Assembly: GCA_951406725.2 (NCBI GenBank)
Contig: OX597819.1
Span: forward strand, 126,170,001 to 126,234,000
From: Octopus vulgaris
Lineage: Eukaryota
Direction of reading: 5' to 3'
DNA: 64,000 nt
Shown here: piece after piece, positions 25,152-40,496 of the stretch
How positions within the stretch are numbered: position 1 is the first letter of the stretch
Layout: each line of letters opens with the position of its first letter
Translations under genes and position numbers: made by a program
Notes under the pieces: generated by a model
Database searches by the model: none
What the model was told of the DNA's origin: nothing
The model's input: only the letters and a program-made list of their open reading frames with translations

Positions 25152-26019
25152 GTATGACAGAGATAGAGAGAGAAATTGAGATAGAGACAGATATGCATAG
25201 AGAGAAAGAGAGAGAGAGAGAGCAAGAGACAGGGAGGGCAAGAGACAGAGAGAGGTAGTGAATAGTTAATACTATGTATGAGATGTGTAGTGTTGTGAAG
25301 TCATCCATACCAACTGAAATCTGGCCAGGTAGTTTTTAATTGTTTTGTTTTTCATGTTTATCTCTGGTTAGTTTCTTTATTTCTCTCTTCGTTCTTTTGC
25401 TCTTCTATGTGTCTCTGTGCCTCTGTCTATGTAAGGATTGGTTATCGCTCCATTCCATTGCCAAATGTCTTGCTGAAGAATGTTTTCGCAAAATGCTCAC
25501 TGGAACTCTACTAAGCTCTGCTTAGTTATCTATCGATATATCTATAAACAATGTCATTCGTATACAGGTCGAAACGGAAGAGCTTCTCTCGCTATACAAC
25601 CACCGCTCAACCTAATAGAAACAACAGCCAAATTTACCTCAAATTGCCACTACTGTCTTTAAATAAGGAAACGACAACACTGGGTAAATATAGTCCTAGA
25701 CATGTTACTTCAGAGAAAGAGAAAATAGGTTTTAAAAAGACACACCAAAATATATACGGCGGGATGGTTACATCTGGAACGTCTTTTACTCATAGTTGAG
25801 CTCAGCTGGGGACGTTCGGGGGTTAATCAACAGTAGCAACATCATCATTAGCAACAACAACAATATCTGCCGCTAAACAGACCAGAAAATATTGGGACCG
25901 CGGTCCCGGGTAGCTGAAAGCGGTTCGCGGTTGCGTCGAACATAAAAAGAACAGCGATGACGACGCAACGAATAGAACTTCCACAGCAATAACTGCTACT
26001 ACTACTACTACTACTGCTG

Positions 26020-26080
<61 letters not shown>

Positions 26081-26384
26081 AACAATTGCAAAAATATCAA
26101 TGATGACATAAAACAAGGCAAAACAAAAAATATAAAGTAACAATAACAACAGTAATAATGATAATAATAATAATAATAATAATAATGGGAAATAATAATT
26201 AATAGTAATTAATTGTAATAATAAGCATATTCATAATCATACACAGATCTTTCGATTATGCCAAATGTTTCGATTTTTTTTTCTGTGACATTTGTTGTTG
26301 TTGTTGTTGGTACATTGTTACCTGAGGAAAAAATGACGGACGGAATCAATGAGATGCAACTTCTAGTATATTACAGGTGCTATA

Positions 26385-26426
<42 letters not shown>

Positions 26427-26742
26427 ATAATTAAGGGTAAAATCAATTAGTTGTTAATTAATTTCACCAAGTAGTGTTCAGTATGTAAAAGGACCATTCA
26501 AGGCGTATTCAAAAATATTAGTTTATATAATTAAGGGCTCAGTAAAATAATTTACTTTGCCACATACAGACATTTTTAGAAATAGCAGCCAAAAAGTTTC
26601 TTTAGCCATTTCTACTACTTTAAGAAAAAATCTCCCTGATAGTGCTTACTCAAAAATAATTCATGTAGATCTGGAGGGAAAACAACAAAATATCACAAGT
26701 ACAAAGATTATTTGAGAACGCTCACGTTTTCTAGATTAGCCG

Positions 26743-26791
<49 letters not shown>

Positions 26792-26982
26792 CATATATAT
26801 ATTCCACATTTCCACTTTACATCCCAGCGGGGAAATGAATAAAAGACATTGAATGAACTCACCGAAATAAGGAGAAAAACATAGCGAAACTGTTCGATTT
26901 CGAATGTCGTCGTCAGATACAATTTTAAAATATAACCACCTCGGACATTGCTAATGTTCATTTAGTAGTAGTAGTAATAGTT

Positions 26983-27021
<39 letters not shown>

Positions 27022-27433
27022 AAGTTATAGTAGTACGAGTAGTAGTAAAAAATTTGGATAAGGGTGTAACAGAAAAAGCAGGTGTTTAAGAAATGGAACT
27101 ATTGTTACAACAATAGTTACAACCAAAAAATAATTTCTACTGTGAGTAAATTACCCTTAAACACAATACACAGCCTCATACACAAACACTCATGCATTCC
27201 CTATGTGCATAAAGTGTGTATAATACACTAACGCATTATATATCATACATACGAACATAAAGATATGCATACACATACACATACATATACACATACATAT
27301 ACACATACACGCATAATCTATGTGAGGATGGTTCTATAAATATACTTACATACATGTATACATTTATAATATATATGCATATAAACATCATATACATGTG
27401 TGTGCGTATAATCATATATACATATACATATAC

Positions 27434-27480
<47 letters not shown>

Positions 27481-27700
27481 CATATGTATATATATTGTTA
27501 ATATTTAGCAGCAGCAACAGTGTGACAGAAGGGCCGAGTGTTTCGTGCGTTGGCAATTATTAAACTCTCGGGCCTTGAGTTACTCTTTAGCTTGTGCTAA
27601 ATATTCATTCAAAAAAATATACACATGCTCATATCGTGAATTCTATTTCTTCTGTTTGCGTCACCAAAACTCTCTTTGTATATACATATATATACATATG

Positions 27701-27828
<128 letters not shown>

Positions 27829-27933
27829 TATATACGTCCGTACATAGACGAATATACATCTATATTTATATATATTTGCATATACATATATGTGTATGTG
27901 CGTGTGTAGTATACATATGTATATATATATATA

Positions 27934-27991
<58 letters not shown>

Positions 27992-28143
27992 TATATATGT
28001 ATATATATGTATATATATATATATATCACCGTGATCACCGTGACCGACCACACTATCAGATGTTGCTACACATCGCTGGTCCCAATGCGCTTCGCATTGT
28101 TTTAGCCATCAACTGACGCCACCCCGCTGGCTAAGCGAGCAGG

Positions 28144-28192
<49 letters not shown>

Positions 28193-28840
28193 ACGTATAT
28201 CTACGCATACCTACACTCACGCTTACAAACGTATATCGATGAAATGTAGGCACATTTAGATTGTTACTGATATTACATATATTACATCTAATGTACCATT
28301 AAAAATAACAATATGTATTGAAATATGAATCGATTCTTTATTTGTAAGAAATGCAGTCTAATCACAAATACTAGTCTGTGAGATTCCATATCGGTCAATA
28401 GTGATCCATAATATCTTGCAACTGGCATTACTCTGCTATTTTTTTAGACTATTATGTAATACTCTTTAATGTCTAAAATCTAATGGTACGGTATAAGGAT
28501 ATCAGTTGTTCTTAGATAATTCTGGTTCTTTTTTCTAGACGAATGGTTTGTGGCACATTAATTACTCGTAAGTGGTGGTCTCGCATTAATATCTAGTATA
28601 ATTCTATGAATATATAAGAATTAGTGTAGATACAAAAAAATACATGGTACAAAGCGCATATGTGTTTGTGTGTGTCTGTGTCTCTGTGTTTGTGTGTGTG
28701 TTTGTGTATGTATGTATGCACACACACATACACATAAACTTAGACTTAGATAATTTTTTAAAATTCCACAGACAATGGATCAAACGGAAAGTGCAATCAC
28801 ATAACGCGAACATGCTTTTTCATTTTCACTTATTGTCCAA

Positions 28841-28859
28841 AAGTCATAACAAATCCATG

Positions 28860-28893
<34 letters not shown>

Positions 28894-28911
28894 CGTGGAT
28901 TTGTTATGACT

Positions 28912-28912
<1 letters not shown>
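28841..28912. repeat. Short inverted repeat with a (TA)n loop
   Basis: aagtcataacaaatccatgtaaat (TA)n atttacgtggatttgttatgactt. Confidence 0.9.
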
Positions 28913-28948
<36 letters not shown>

Positions 28949-28950
28949 AA

Positions 28951-28983
<33 letters not shown>

Positions 28984-28992
28984 ACGTTCTTG

Positions 28993-29055
<63 letters not shown>

Positions 29056-29483
29056 TATGCTTAAACATGATTAAATATGATTAAATATCATATAAATATG
29101 ATAGAAAAATATCATTGAATTGGTCGAACTTCGCTCTATAACTTAAATTATACACTTAATATACTTATATCTGTGTGCTGTGCATGTGTGTGTGTAATGA
29201 AAACAAAAAATGGACAAGAACGTAACAAAACGTCCGGACAGTTAGACGATACAAAAAAAGAACGGGTCATTCGGAGCTTTCTATCCTGAATCGAGTTCCA
29301 CATCGTCTTTGCAGCTTCGGCACGTCTGTCTGTATGTATGTATGTATGTATGTATGTATACGTACGTATACATACATATATATACACGTGCAGAGAGGAG
29401 AAACAGAGTACATATATCCATCGATGTATGTATGTATGTATGTATGTATGTATGTATGTATGTATGTATGTATGTTTGTATCT

Positions 29484-29578
<95 letters not shown>

Positions 29579-29974
29579 TATATATGTATATATAAATATA
29601 AATATATTTATATATAGACACTTATTTACAAACACTTGTATACACACATCCATAAAGACATTGGCAATATGTATATTTTTATGCGTTTATGTTCATATAT
29701 ATATTATATATGTGTATATATATACATATAGGTACATATGAACATGTATACACACACATGCACACACACAGACGTCCAATTCAACTAGTGAACGGCACAC
29801 GAGAAACACATCAACCAAAACTACTTCAATTTTCCTGGGTTAATGACCTCAGGAATGATGTTTATTCAAATTACAAATGAAAAAACAAACAAATTTGTAC
29901 TCTTAATGCACGTTTGGAGAACCAAGTAAAGAAAGAAGAGAAGAGAAATTATTTCGTACATGTATACACACACA

Positions 29975-30011
<37 letters not shown>

Positions 30012-30317
30012 GCACACACACACACATACATATAATACTAACACCTACATGTATACACACACATACGCTCACATATTTCTACGTATGGCTCGTATTGTAC
30101 ATAAATTTACAGATTTATATATGTATATATACTTTTAAGTACACATACAGAGATAACTGTCCATCGTTATTGTATGTGAAAGCAGATACATATATAGACA
30201 TACATATATCACACATCATGCATACACACACATAAACACACACATATACACCTGTATGAGTGTGTCTTTGTGTGTATATATTTTCATACGTATTACATAA
30301 ATGTATTATATAATATA

Positions 30318-30611
30318 CTAGCACTATGACCCGAATCTCCGACCAATCATATACAGCTAGCTGGCATTCAATTGGCGTATCAAGTTTTGGGCATTTTGAT
30401 TGGGTTTTGGATAGAAAATTTACAAAAATGCCACTTCTATTGATTTTTTAATGACTTTGCGAGGTGACTGGGGAAATGTAAATATGTGTACGACCACCCT
30501 TGGTCAGTTTTAAATGACCATAGAAAGTGCAAGCCCTCTAACTGAAAAATTGTGGATTTGTATAAAGGACACACACACAAGCAGACATTTTGCCGTTTAT
30601 ACATATAGAGA
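30318..30611 (-). mobile_element. Non-autonomous Helitron, second family
   Basis: Minus strand starts tctctatatgtataaacggcaaaatgtctg and ends cgggtcatagtgCTAG|t. Confidence 0.75.
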
Positions 30612-30866
30612 TATGACCATTATAAATATATGTAAAATTAGAAATATTGCATTTCTAAATCTCTCAGAAAGACATATATAGTAGCAGCACGAGAAAGTGA
30701 TGGTTTGTTGCCAACTTAATGTGGCAATCCCATGAAAAGAGAAGAATTCTACTGTAATATAACACTATGAAACAGCGTTTCCAGTTGGCTATGTGACACA
30801 AGCGTTCTGTGTCCTTAAGTTTCAAACGGCAGAGATAAGCACCTCTTCCCAGCAAAGCCAGCATTT

Positions 30867-30903
30867 AGAGACTAGTTTCAGACTCATTGCTCTTCATCAG
30901 TCT
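30867..30903 (-). ncRNA. Minimal type I hammerhead ribozyme
   Basis: aga CUGAUGA agagcaaugagucu GAAAC UA GUC ucu. Confidence 0.8.
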
Positions 30904-30923
30904 GGAGCAAGCCAAGTTACTCT

Positions 30924-30960
30924 AGACTGATGAAGGGCAATGACTCTGAAACTAGTCTCT
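30924..30960 (+). ncRNA. Minimal type I hammerhead ribozyme
   Basis: aga CUGAUGA aggg caauga cucu GAAAC UA GUC ucu; helix III is the palindrome ACUAGU. Confidence 0.85.
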
Positions 30961-31132
30961 GCATGCTGACTTTGCTGGTTGGAGGTGCTTATCTCCCCTG
31001 TTTGAAAACATAAGGACACAGAACGCTTGTGTCACATAGCCAACTGGAAATGATGTTTCCTGGTGCTAAATAGCAGTTGCATTCTTCCCTTTCCTGGGAT
31101 TGCCACATTAAGTTGGCAACAAACCATCACTT

Positions 31133-31285
<153 letters not shown>

Positions 31286-31536
31286 TAATAAAACTTAGTT
31301 TCTGCCATTATCGGCCCAGGCTATGACTAACTAACTCAATAGTACCACCTGGAAGAGTCTTTTAGTTAATTATTTCGGGACACCATGGGCCACTCAAGCA
31401 GAGAGTTGTTGTTGGTTGAGACGTATCTAGGTGTAGGTGGTTTAACCGGTATTTCCTGGAGGAATTTCTCCAGGTACCGTTTACATATATTTGTGTGTGT
31501 ATAGTTTAGGTCAATCAGTAAGTTGTCTTTAGTTTC

Positions 31537-31593
<57 letters not shown>

Positions 31594-32041
31594 CCATATT
31601 ACAAATGATTCTATACATATATAATTCTCAAACAATCTGTCTCTCTATATTTTTCATATGCACACACACGCTCTCGTGCACACTTACAAATGTGTGTGTG
31701 TGTGTGTATTTATGTGTGTGTGTGTATTTATGTGGGTGCGTAAGAATTTCAATTGTAAGCTGAAATAAATTCATTCCACTCTACCTGAGAGTGTTGAGCA
31801 CTTCACAACAATATATATCAGTTTGAAATACATCATGAATCATAGACATGTGAGTGTTTGTGCGTGGAAGTGTCTCTCCACGTCCCTCTCTATTGTTCTT
31901 TGCCCGTGATTGTTTGATATGATTTTCGTATTTAACACTCTTACATATTTCTCATACAGGATAATCTTGCGACTTTAAATACTCTGACTACATATGGAGC
32001 ACCTCATAATATGCTTCATATATATATATATATATATATAT

Positions 32042-32210
32042 TAATTAGAGATAAAACCACTATTAGGCAACTCAAACAGTGATAAACATAAACCAAAACA
32101 TAGTTTTAATAGTGGTTTTATCTCTAATTTAATTTATATTTATACTGTGAAATTTGATTTAATCTTAAGTCTAATTTTTCCATGTAAGTTTGGATATACT
32201 CCCTAATATT
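32042..32210. mobile_element. Family-A mini fold-back (inverted repeat of about 22 bp plus tail)
   Basis: attagagataaaaccactatta ... taatagtggttttatctctaat, then the family tail. Confidence 0.8.
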
Positions 32211-32311
32211 ATGATTATTATTATTATCATTATTATTATTATTGTTATTATATATATATATATATATATATATGTGAGTATGTATGTATACATATATACA
32301 TATATACACAC

Positions 32312-32388
<77 letters not shown>

Positions 32389-32603
32389 TATGTATGTATG
32401 TATATAATTTTCACATATTGCAAAGAATTCCGCGCTTTTCATTGGATTTACCTTTTGGCTAATCAACAGCCGTTTTGGGATAGAATGACTACATCTATCT
32501 ACATAATGAATCATATAATCTACTCACTCTCTCCAACGTAATCAGTTCAATACACCATATAATATATGTGCTGGATAAAATATATATGGTGAAATTTATT
32601 TTA

Positions 32604-32642
<39 letters not shown>

Positions 32643-33340
32643 AAATGAGGGCGAGAAATTAGATATTAATTTAATTAACATCGATTTCACACCAGTGGTC
32701 TAGCATTTAAAAAAAACTGAAGGCTCAGTAAAATTGTATTATATACATATTAGAGGGAAACCACTATGTGGATACCCTCATGCTAGAAATAGATCCGCTA
32801 TGGTCATACCACTTAGAAATGTTCTCAAGAAAAAAATTCAGCAAAACAACCAAAAGATAATCGAGCAAGACAAAAGAAAAAGCAATAAAAATATGGATTA
32901 TTCGCATATGCAAATAATATATATACATATATAAACTTGTTGTACTGTTTATTAGTCGTAAGACACCCGCTGTTTTTGTCCTGTTTTTACCATTATTGTT
33001 TTTTGTATTTTATATTCGTGTGGCATCGTCCGTTTTTCTGTCCCTGTTTCGTATACATTCGATCCTTCTTCCAAGAAATCTTATGCTCGTAGATTAGTTT
33101 TTCCTTGGGGCTGGCCGGATCGGAGCGACCTCAAGATTAATCAGCCGAAATTGCTAGGATGATCCGGTTCTTGACTCAAAATTGAAGGCTTTGAATGTCC
33201 CGTTCGTGTTTTTTTTGTATCGTCTTCTAAATGTTTTACGTTCTTGTCCCAGTTTGTATTTTTCTACATAAGATAATATATATATATATATTGGCAGGTT
33301 GGTTGGTCTGAGGCTTGACTTGATCATTGTGAGGCTCAGA

Positions 33341-33371
<31 letters not shown>

Positions 33372-33696
33372 CTGTATATTTTGAACATAGCCTATATTGT
33401 TATATCAGTAGTTATTCTTTATGGCGGTGGCCCTCTTTTTACTCTTTTATTGCTCTTTTGTTTTGTTGTCTTTTAATATATTTATTTATTTATTTATTTA
33501 TTTATTTACCTATCTATTTATTATATTTGCTGACTTTCGTATTACCGTCTTCCTCACTCTTGCGTTGGATGCATGCATACATATATATATAGAGATACTT
33601 ATATGCTTACACACATACATACATACATACATACATACATACATACATACATACATACAAGTATTATTATCATTATTATTATTATTGTTATTATTA

Positions 33697-33778
<82 letters not shown>

Positions 33779-33839
33779 CATATATAAATATATATATATA
33801 TATATGTATATAAGCATGATACACACACATGTTTATATG

Positions 33840-33922
<83 letters not shown>

Positions 33923-34024
33923 GTATATGTATATATATATATGTGTGTGTATATGTATGTATGTATATTTATTTATATATATAAATATAGAAAAATATAT
34001 ATAAATATCTATAAATCTATATTC

Positions 34025-34059
<35 letters not shown>

Positions 34060-34816
34060 ATATACATTTTATATTTATGTATACATTTGCCTGTAATTTT
34101 GAGTTTGTGTGTATATATGTATAACATATGTGTGTGTGTATGTGTTTGTGTGTATCTTTATTTGTATGTATACTTATGTACATATATACTTATTTACGTA
34201 TATATCTATTCTAATTCTCCTCCCCGTTCCTGTGTGGAAGATTATTGTTTATAGTTGCTTGTTTACTGCAAGGTACACGACGTTTCTCTTTTTTCTTTTT
34301 TTTTTTACATATATGAGTAGACTGACTGAGGTTCTGGTGGTCGGCACCCACTGCCGATCAACCCTCGGACTTCCTTTGGCAAGTAATAAAAGGGGACAGT
34401 TAGACGGGGATGATACATCATGTCTGTTTGCTTGTTCAATTGTTGAATGAACAAACAACCCCATATGGAATAAACAAACATCTGCATGAGCGAGCTCTCT
34501 TTAAATTGCTATATAGCAACACGCGTATGACGAGCTGGTTGTTTCGTTATAAAGAGCGTTACATTATCCATAAACAACAAAACAGTGTTGTTCTTGTGTG
34601 CTCTGCCTCTGTGCTGTCCTTCTGTGTTGTATACAGCGCTGCTCTATCATATTAGTTTTTCTGTTATATATGTGGGTTTAGGGTATAAGGTAGCCCCTTG
34701 TGCAGAGTGTAATTATTGCTGATCCTGTGTTAATGACATGCGCACTGATGTAATGTAGCATGAGGTTTTGTTATTGTTGTTCAAATTCACCGCAGCCCTG
34801 CTGGAGCAGAAACCTG

Positions 34817-35245
34817 GGATCTTTTCGGTTTGAACGGCAGTTTTTTCTAGCGGTGTCATATGTAATTGTCACCCATAATTATGACCCTAGTATCGATCTA
34901 TTGCATTTCAATCTGTTTTAGGGTTAGGGTTAGTTAGGGTTAGGGTTAGGGGTCAGGGGAAGGGTATCTTTTTTTTTTCAGAAATGTAAATAAACCCAAT
35001 CTGTTTCTTAAACGAGGGAATATTCATACGGCACAGAATGCTTTTTAACTCAATAGACGTCAGTGATTGGTTGAAATTGCAGAAATTGAAGAAAAAAAAC
35101 AAATGTCTTACAAACTATAGCATTTTCTCAATAAAGCCAAGAGAAAAAGATGTTTTATAAACACATTCTACCAGTATACGAAGTTAAACATTTTTTAGTT
35201 ACCTAGAAATTATGTTAAAAACTGCTGTTCAAACCGAAAAGATCC
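34817..35245. mobile_element. MITE-like non-autonomous DNA transposon with TIRs of about 29 bp and internal TTAGGG repeats
   Basis: ggatcttttcggtttgaacggcagttttt and aaaaactgctgttcaaaccgaaaagatcc. Flanks gaaacctg/aacacctg may be a decayed 8-bp TSD. Confidence 0.85.
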
Positions 35246-35604
35246 AACACCTGAAGAATACTCAATCAAATGTCTGTTATTTTTTTAAGATGGTAGAATG
35301 TGAGCTGAAGGAAGTTTGGTTACTATTTTTAGCAGGTCGAGCACACTATATAGTGGTTCTCTCACTGGTGCCTTCATAGTATGATGTGTTTCTTGTTGAT
35401 GTTGTTCAGGCCTATTTCAAGAAAATCGAGCATATTTATGATATAAGGCATTTCAGCCGTGCCCATCCCATCGTCTTTGAGGCATCTATGACTATGTTCG
35501 TCAAATAATCCTTCTCTCTTGTAATTTAACAGGCAGGGTGTGATTTAACTGATGAATTTGGTTGCTATTTCCATTAGATCGGGTGACTAGTGGTTGCTCA
35601 ATCA

Positions 35605-36023
35605 TTTACTCTCTCTTTACTCTTTTACTCTTTTACTTGTTTCAGTCATTTGACTGCGGCCATGCTGGAGCACCGCCTTTAGTCGAGCAAATCGACCCCG
35701 GGACTTATTCTTTGTAAGCCCAGTACTTATTCTATCGGTCTCTTTTACCGAACCGCTAAGTGACGGGGACGTAAACACACCAGCATCGGTTGTCAAGTAA
35801 TGCTAGGGGGACAAACACAGATACACAAACACACACAGACATATATATATATATACATATATACGACAGGCTTCTTTCAGTTTCCATCTACCAAATCCAC
35901 TCACAAGGCATTGGTCGGCCCGAGGCAATAGCAGAAGACACTTGCCCAAGGTGCCACGCAGTGGGACTGAACCCGGAACCATGTGGTTGGTAAACAAGCT
36001 ACTTACCACACAGCCACTCCTGC
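35605..36023 (-). mobile_element. SINE-A, full length
   Basis: Family match. Confidence 0.93.
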
Positions 36024-36499
36024 ATCATATTTTTTATATTATAGTGCAAGGTTGTGCTGAGGCCCACAGTAAACTACACTGATGTTTAACCGCAGGCCTG
36101 CTCTATCCAAGCAGGACTGTGATCAGAAGCATTCTCGTCTTTTTTCCTACATGCAAGGAATCCGGACCAATTATCCGATGTATCTACATATTGTTTAAGG
36201 AGGTGCTAGGGTTCTGGTTTATGAGTGATTTGTCTGTTATTTCTAGCAGGTCAAGTGACTTTGTTAGGAATTTAAAACCATCATATCGCCTTTCTGCTAT
36301 AAAACGGATGGTTAAAGTTTACGTAAGAATAGAACACACACGAAATCATACACACCCACACACACAGAGGTTATCCATAATAAATGTATACGCACAATGA
36401 ATGATTAGGAAGTCAGTTTACATTAAACACAATTGGTTTTCAAAATTTAATAGAATTTACAAAAAGAATATGAGTTTTTTGGGTTTGAATATTTTTTTT

Positions 36500-37320
36500 T
36501 TCAAATAGCTGACCGTTTTGCTCCCGGCACTGATAATAACATGGAACAATGGAATCAGAAACACCAAGAACATTTCTTTCGGTTTTTGTTCATACTCTCG
36601 TTCAATGGCTGCCTTTAATCAATCAGCTACAATTGCTGGTTTTGTATTGTAAATTTATCTTTCAAGTATCACCGTAAAATGTCTAGCGGTGTGAGAACCG
36701 TCGAACGTGGAGTATATTCTACTGAACCTCTTCGTCTAAACCTCATGTTAGGACCAGCCATCAAGTTAGTCCCTTACACTATGACAGTCGTGTAGGAATG
36801 GCTCATCTTACTGGCAATAAAGCTCCACATCTTCAAAGTCTTCTCGAATGCTTGGCATGACAGACTGTCGCTGCATATTCAAGTCATAATTCCATGAAAA
36901 AAATGCCTAATTAATCCAGGTAAATGAACATGATGATCCACCCAAATAGGTGAATTTTCAGCCTCATCACCTCAAGCAATCTTTGTTGGAGAGTGTGCAG
37001 CTTCGACATGTCTTGGCAAGTATCGTTGCTAAACCCCATTTATCGATCCGGATCATCATCGTTGACAGAATGGATTACTTTTGGAATGTTACATTTCTAA
37101 AAACCGTTTCAAAATTTGACGAACGTTTGATTAAGAAATTCATAACTCACAACACGTTTGTCGCATAGATTTATTTGTACGCTTTCTTGCTTTCTGCGTT
37201 TCGTTGATGATCGCGATCTTCAGGAAGGTTTTCTATAGACATTCTGATCAGTTCCATTTGCTTAAAACTTATAACTATTTAAAATGATGGTAAATAGCGT
37301 TGGCAGATCTGTTTAAAACA
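36500..37320 (-). pseudogene. Highly decayed Tc1/mariner-superfamily transposase
   Basis: Minus-strand fragments KSMRQTCCEL*IS*SNVRQILK, DDDPDR, DEA, RRGSVEYTPRSTVLTPLD (a degenerate WPPRSPDLTPLD), YLKDK and LKAAIERE. Confidence 0.7.
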
Positions 37321-37472
37321 CACTCCTTTGAATCTCACAGTAGTACTTTAGGATAAATTTATTTGTTCAAAGTTCAGGCTGGCTATATAAAATCTAGAAA
37401 ATAATACAAGGAAAATTGAGTTTTCAGCTATTAAAGTGTGTATACAACTTTAGGTCACTCATATATTTATAC

Positions 37473-37618
37473 AGGCACAGGAGTGACTCTGTGGTATGTA
37501 GCTTGCTTACCAGCCACATGGTTCCGGATTCAGTCCCGCTGCATGGCACCTTGGGCAAGTGTCTTCTACTATGGACTAGGGCCGACCAAAGCCTTGTAAG
37601 TGGATTTGGTAGACGGAA

Positions 37619-37658
<40 letters not shown>

Positions 37659-37863
37659 TGTGTCTGTGTTTGTCCTCCCGCCCCCACCGTCGCTTGACAA
37701 CCGATGTTGGTGTGTTTACGTCCTCCTAACTTAGCGGTTCGGCAAAAATGACCGATAGAATAAGTACAAGGCTTACAAAGAAAAAGTCCTAGGGGTCGAT
37801 GTGTTCGACTAGAAGATGATGCTCCAGCATGGCCGCAGTCAAATGACTGAAACAAATAAAAGA
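37473..37863 (+). mobile_element. SINE-A
   Basis: Family match. Confidence 0.9.
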
Positions 37864-38029
37864 ACATATATATATATGTATGCATCTATGTGTGTGTGTA
37901 TGTATGTTTATACATGTATGTAGCCATATATATCTGAGGATATATATGTCAATATTGCGATGATGTGTTTTCACATCATCTCAATATTCAGAGCTATGGG
38001 TTTCTTATAAATAACTGTAGAGTTAGCTA

Positions 38030-40260
38030 TATTATAGTGCCAAGACTAGAGTGAAACCCTCGTTGTGATTCTGGATAGATATCATTTACAAAGTGTTTGA
38101 TGATCCTGTCAAGAATGAGTCGAGCAAGAAGCTTACCTGCAATAGATAGGTGCGATATTCAACGTTGATTATCTCAAACACTTCTCTTTTGTTTGTTCTT
38201 ATAAAGATGTTCAATTGAGGCATCTTCGAAATCCTGTGGTACACAGCCTACCATCCAAATATCTATGAAGAGGTCATGCAATTTCTTGAAAAAGCTTCCG
38301 TCCACCATCCTTGTACATTTCAGGAGAGATAGCATCTCTGCCAGGTGCTTTACCAGAAGAGATCTGTTTAACAGTTTACCACTTCTAGGAAGTTTGGCTC
38401 CAGAGAAAAACCGGTATTTCAGCGTACTGTGGAATAGACATCATGGAGTCATCAATTGTGACTGAGGTGGAGTTCAACATGGCTTCGAAATGATCTTCCC
38501 ATCGTTTCAGGATGTCAGATTTGTAAGTTAACACCGTTTCTCTATCGGATGAAAAAATAGGAGCAACACCGTGCTTTTGAGGACCTTACACTTTCTTGAG
38601 GTCATCATAAGAGGCTTTAGAATCCTTTCTGTCTGCAACCTCTTGGAGTTCAGTAGCTTTGGAAGACCACCAAGCCTCCTTCATCTGTCTCAGATCAGGT
38701 TGGACCTGCACTCTGCATTTCTTATAAGCATTCTCTTTTCCTGGTGAACTCTTATCATTTATCCATGTCTTATGAGAGTTGTACATTTTAGTTATCAACA
38801 GGTGGACATCTGTGTTGTTATCACTGGACCACCCTTGATGTTTACGAACAGGAAGTCCAATAACCTCTACAGATGCAGACTGCGTCTCCCAAGATGCAGA
38901 GCCTTCCAAGATGATTCTATCTCATCTCTGATACCAACAGTGTTCAACTTAATAGAGGGCTCAGCCTGCTTTTAAGCAGTTTTCAAAGGCAGAATATTAA
39001 TGCACTTAGGCATTGATGACTTTTGTAGTCTTGTGTGTTTCAGATGGAGAAGAGAATGATCAGAAAGGTAGCAGGTGTTATGAAAGGAATGTGTAATGTT
39101 ACAGTCTCTAATATCTCGCTTCTTAGTGATAACATAGTCTATGAGATGCCAATCCTTAGATCTAGGATGCATCCAGGTCGTCTTGCAACAATTTCACTGT
39201 TGAAAAAAAGGTATTTGTGATGCTTTGACTGAATTCTCTGCAGATGGAGAGCACACGCAGACCGCTGGAGTTCCTTCGACCTACACCATGGAAACCAAAT
39301 ACATCCTCCCATGCCTGATAGTAAGTACCAACACGAGCGTTAAAGTCGCCCATAATGATAGGTTTATCTCTATGGTGACTATTGGAGATGACATCACGGA
39401 GGTGGTTGTAAAATTCGTCCTCTTCCTGCTCAGTGCTAACCATAGTTGGAGCAGAGTAACTGACAAGTGTAGTGCGAGTGTTATGATCAAGTTCCAACGT
39501 TAGTGACATGATGCGGTCAGAAATACCTTTGGGTAGAGAAAGAAAGGATCTAGCTATTTCTGTCTTGCTGGCAAAGCCAACACCAAGATGTGGAGCGGCT
39601 CCTCCTCATTTATTCCACACCAGAAAAATACTCATCTCTTTACTTTCTTCTGAGATGAACCTGCAAGACGGGTTTCGCTGAGTGCAACTATGTCAATATT
39701 GTATTTCTTTACTACCCACAAGGGGCCAAACAAGGACAGACAAACGGATTGAGTCGATTACATCGACCCCAGTGCGTAACTGATACTTAATTTATCGACC
39801 CCGAAAGGACGAAAGGCAAAGTCGACCTCGGCGGAATTTGAAATCAGAACGTAACGGCAGACGAAATACGGCTACGCATTTCGCCCAGCGTGCTAACGTT
39901 TCTGCCAGCTCGCCGCCTTAAATATGTCAAAATTGTATTTCTTTAGTTCAAGGGCAACCAGTGCTTTTTTTCGTTCTGGTGCTGAGTGATTGTCTTGGAG
40001 AGTGCACACATTCCAAGAACCAAGGTTAATATTCTTAGATTTCTTCATGCTTTGACTGCGTTGCTGAATAACCGGACAGCTGCAGCGGGCTGCCAAGTTT
40101 AAGGTGAGTAAGCAATGTTTAGGGGTCCTTTTCTCGCCCCCCCTCGCTGTTGGGGAAAGCAGTGCTGTGTCTATATAGACCTGCTTTGTCACTACTGGAG
40201 GATATGGACAGTACAGTTACAAGTTTTGTGCTGGGATGGCCATCACCCAATGGTTGCTAA
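38030..40260 (-). pseudogene. Decayed RTE-clade LINE (AP endonuclease through the start of RT), interrupted by SINE-B
   Basis: INLGSWNVCTL..ERKKALVALELKKYNFDI/VALSETR, SAPTMVS..IIMGDFNARVG, MHPRSKDWHLIDYVIT, SDH, GKLLARLILDRI..YPESQRGF. Confidence 0.92.
39705..39920 (-). mobile_element. SINE-B inserted in the RTE element, TSD of about 23 bp
   Basis: tatgtcaa(t/a)attgtatttcttta at 39689-39711 and 39923-39945. Confidence 0.92.
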
Positions 40261-40496
40261 CTCTGTAGAGATGCAGCAAGAGACTTCTTGTAATATCCTT
40301 TACCTGTCTCTGCCACTTTCACTTTCTCGCCAGGGGACTGTTATGCTTTTGCAAGCTGGAGCTGTGCAGTATTGAATGAATAAATGTAAGTTGTCAGATA
40401 ACCCACACATATGATTTGATTTAAGGTTGAAGTTGGCTTGTGTAAAACCACCCAAACTTTTTGGAAGTGACAATAGCAAGAATATGGCATACATAT

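Noticed and set aside
34230-34750. Possible solo LTR (TG start, AATAAA)
   Set aside because: No second copy, primer-binding site, polypurine tract or convincing TSD.
34918-34952. Telomere
   Set aside because: Only about five units, internal to a TIR element.
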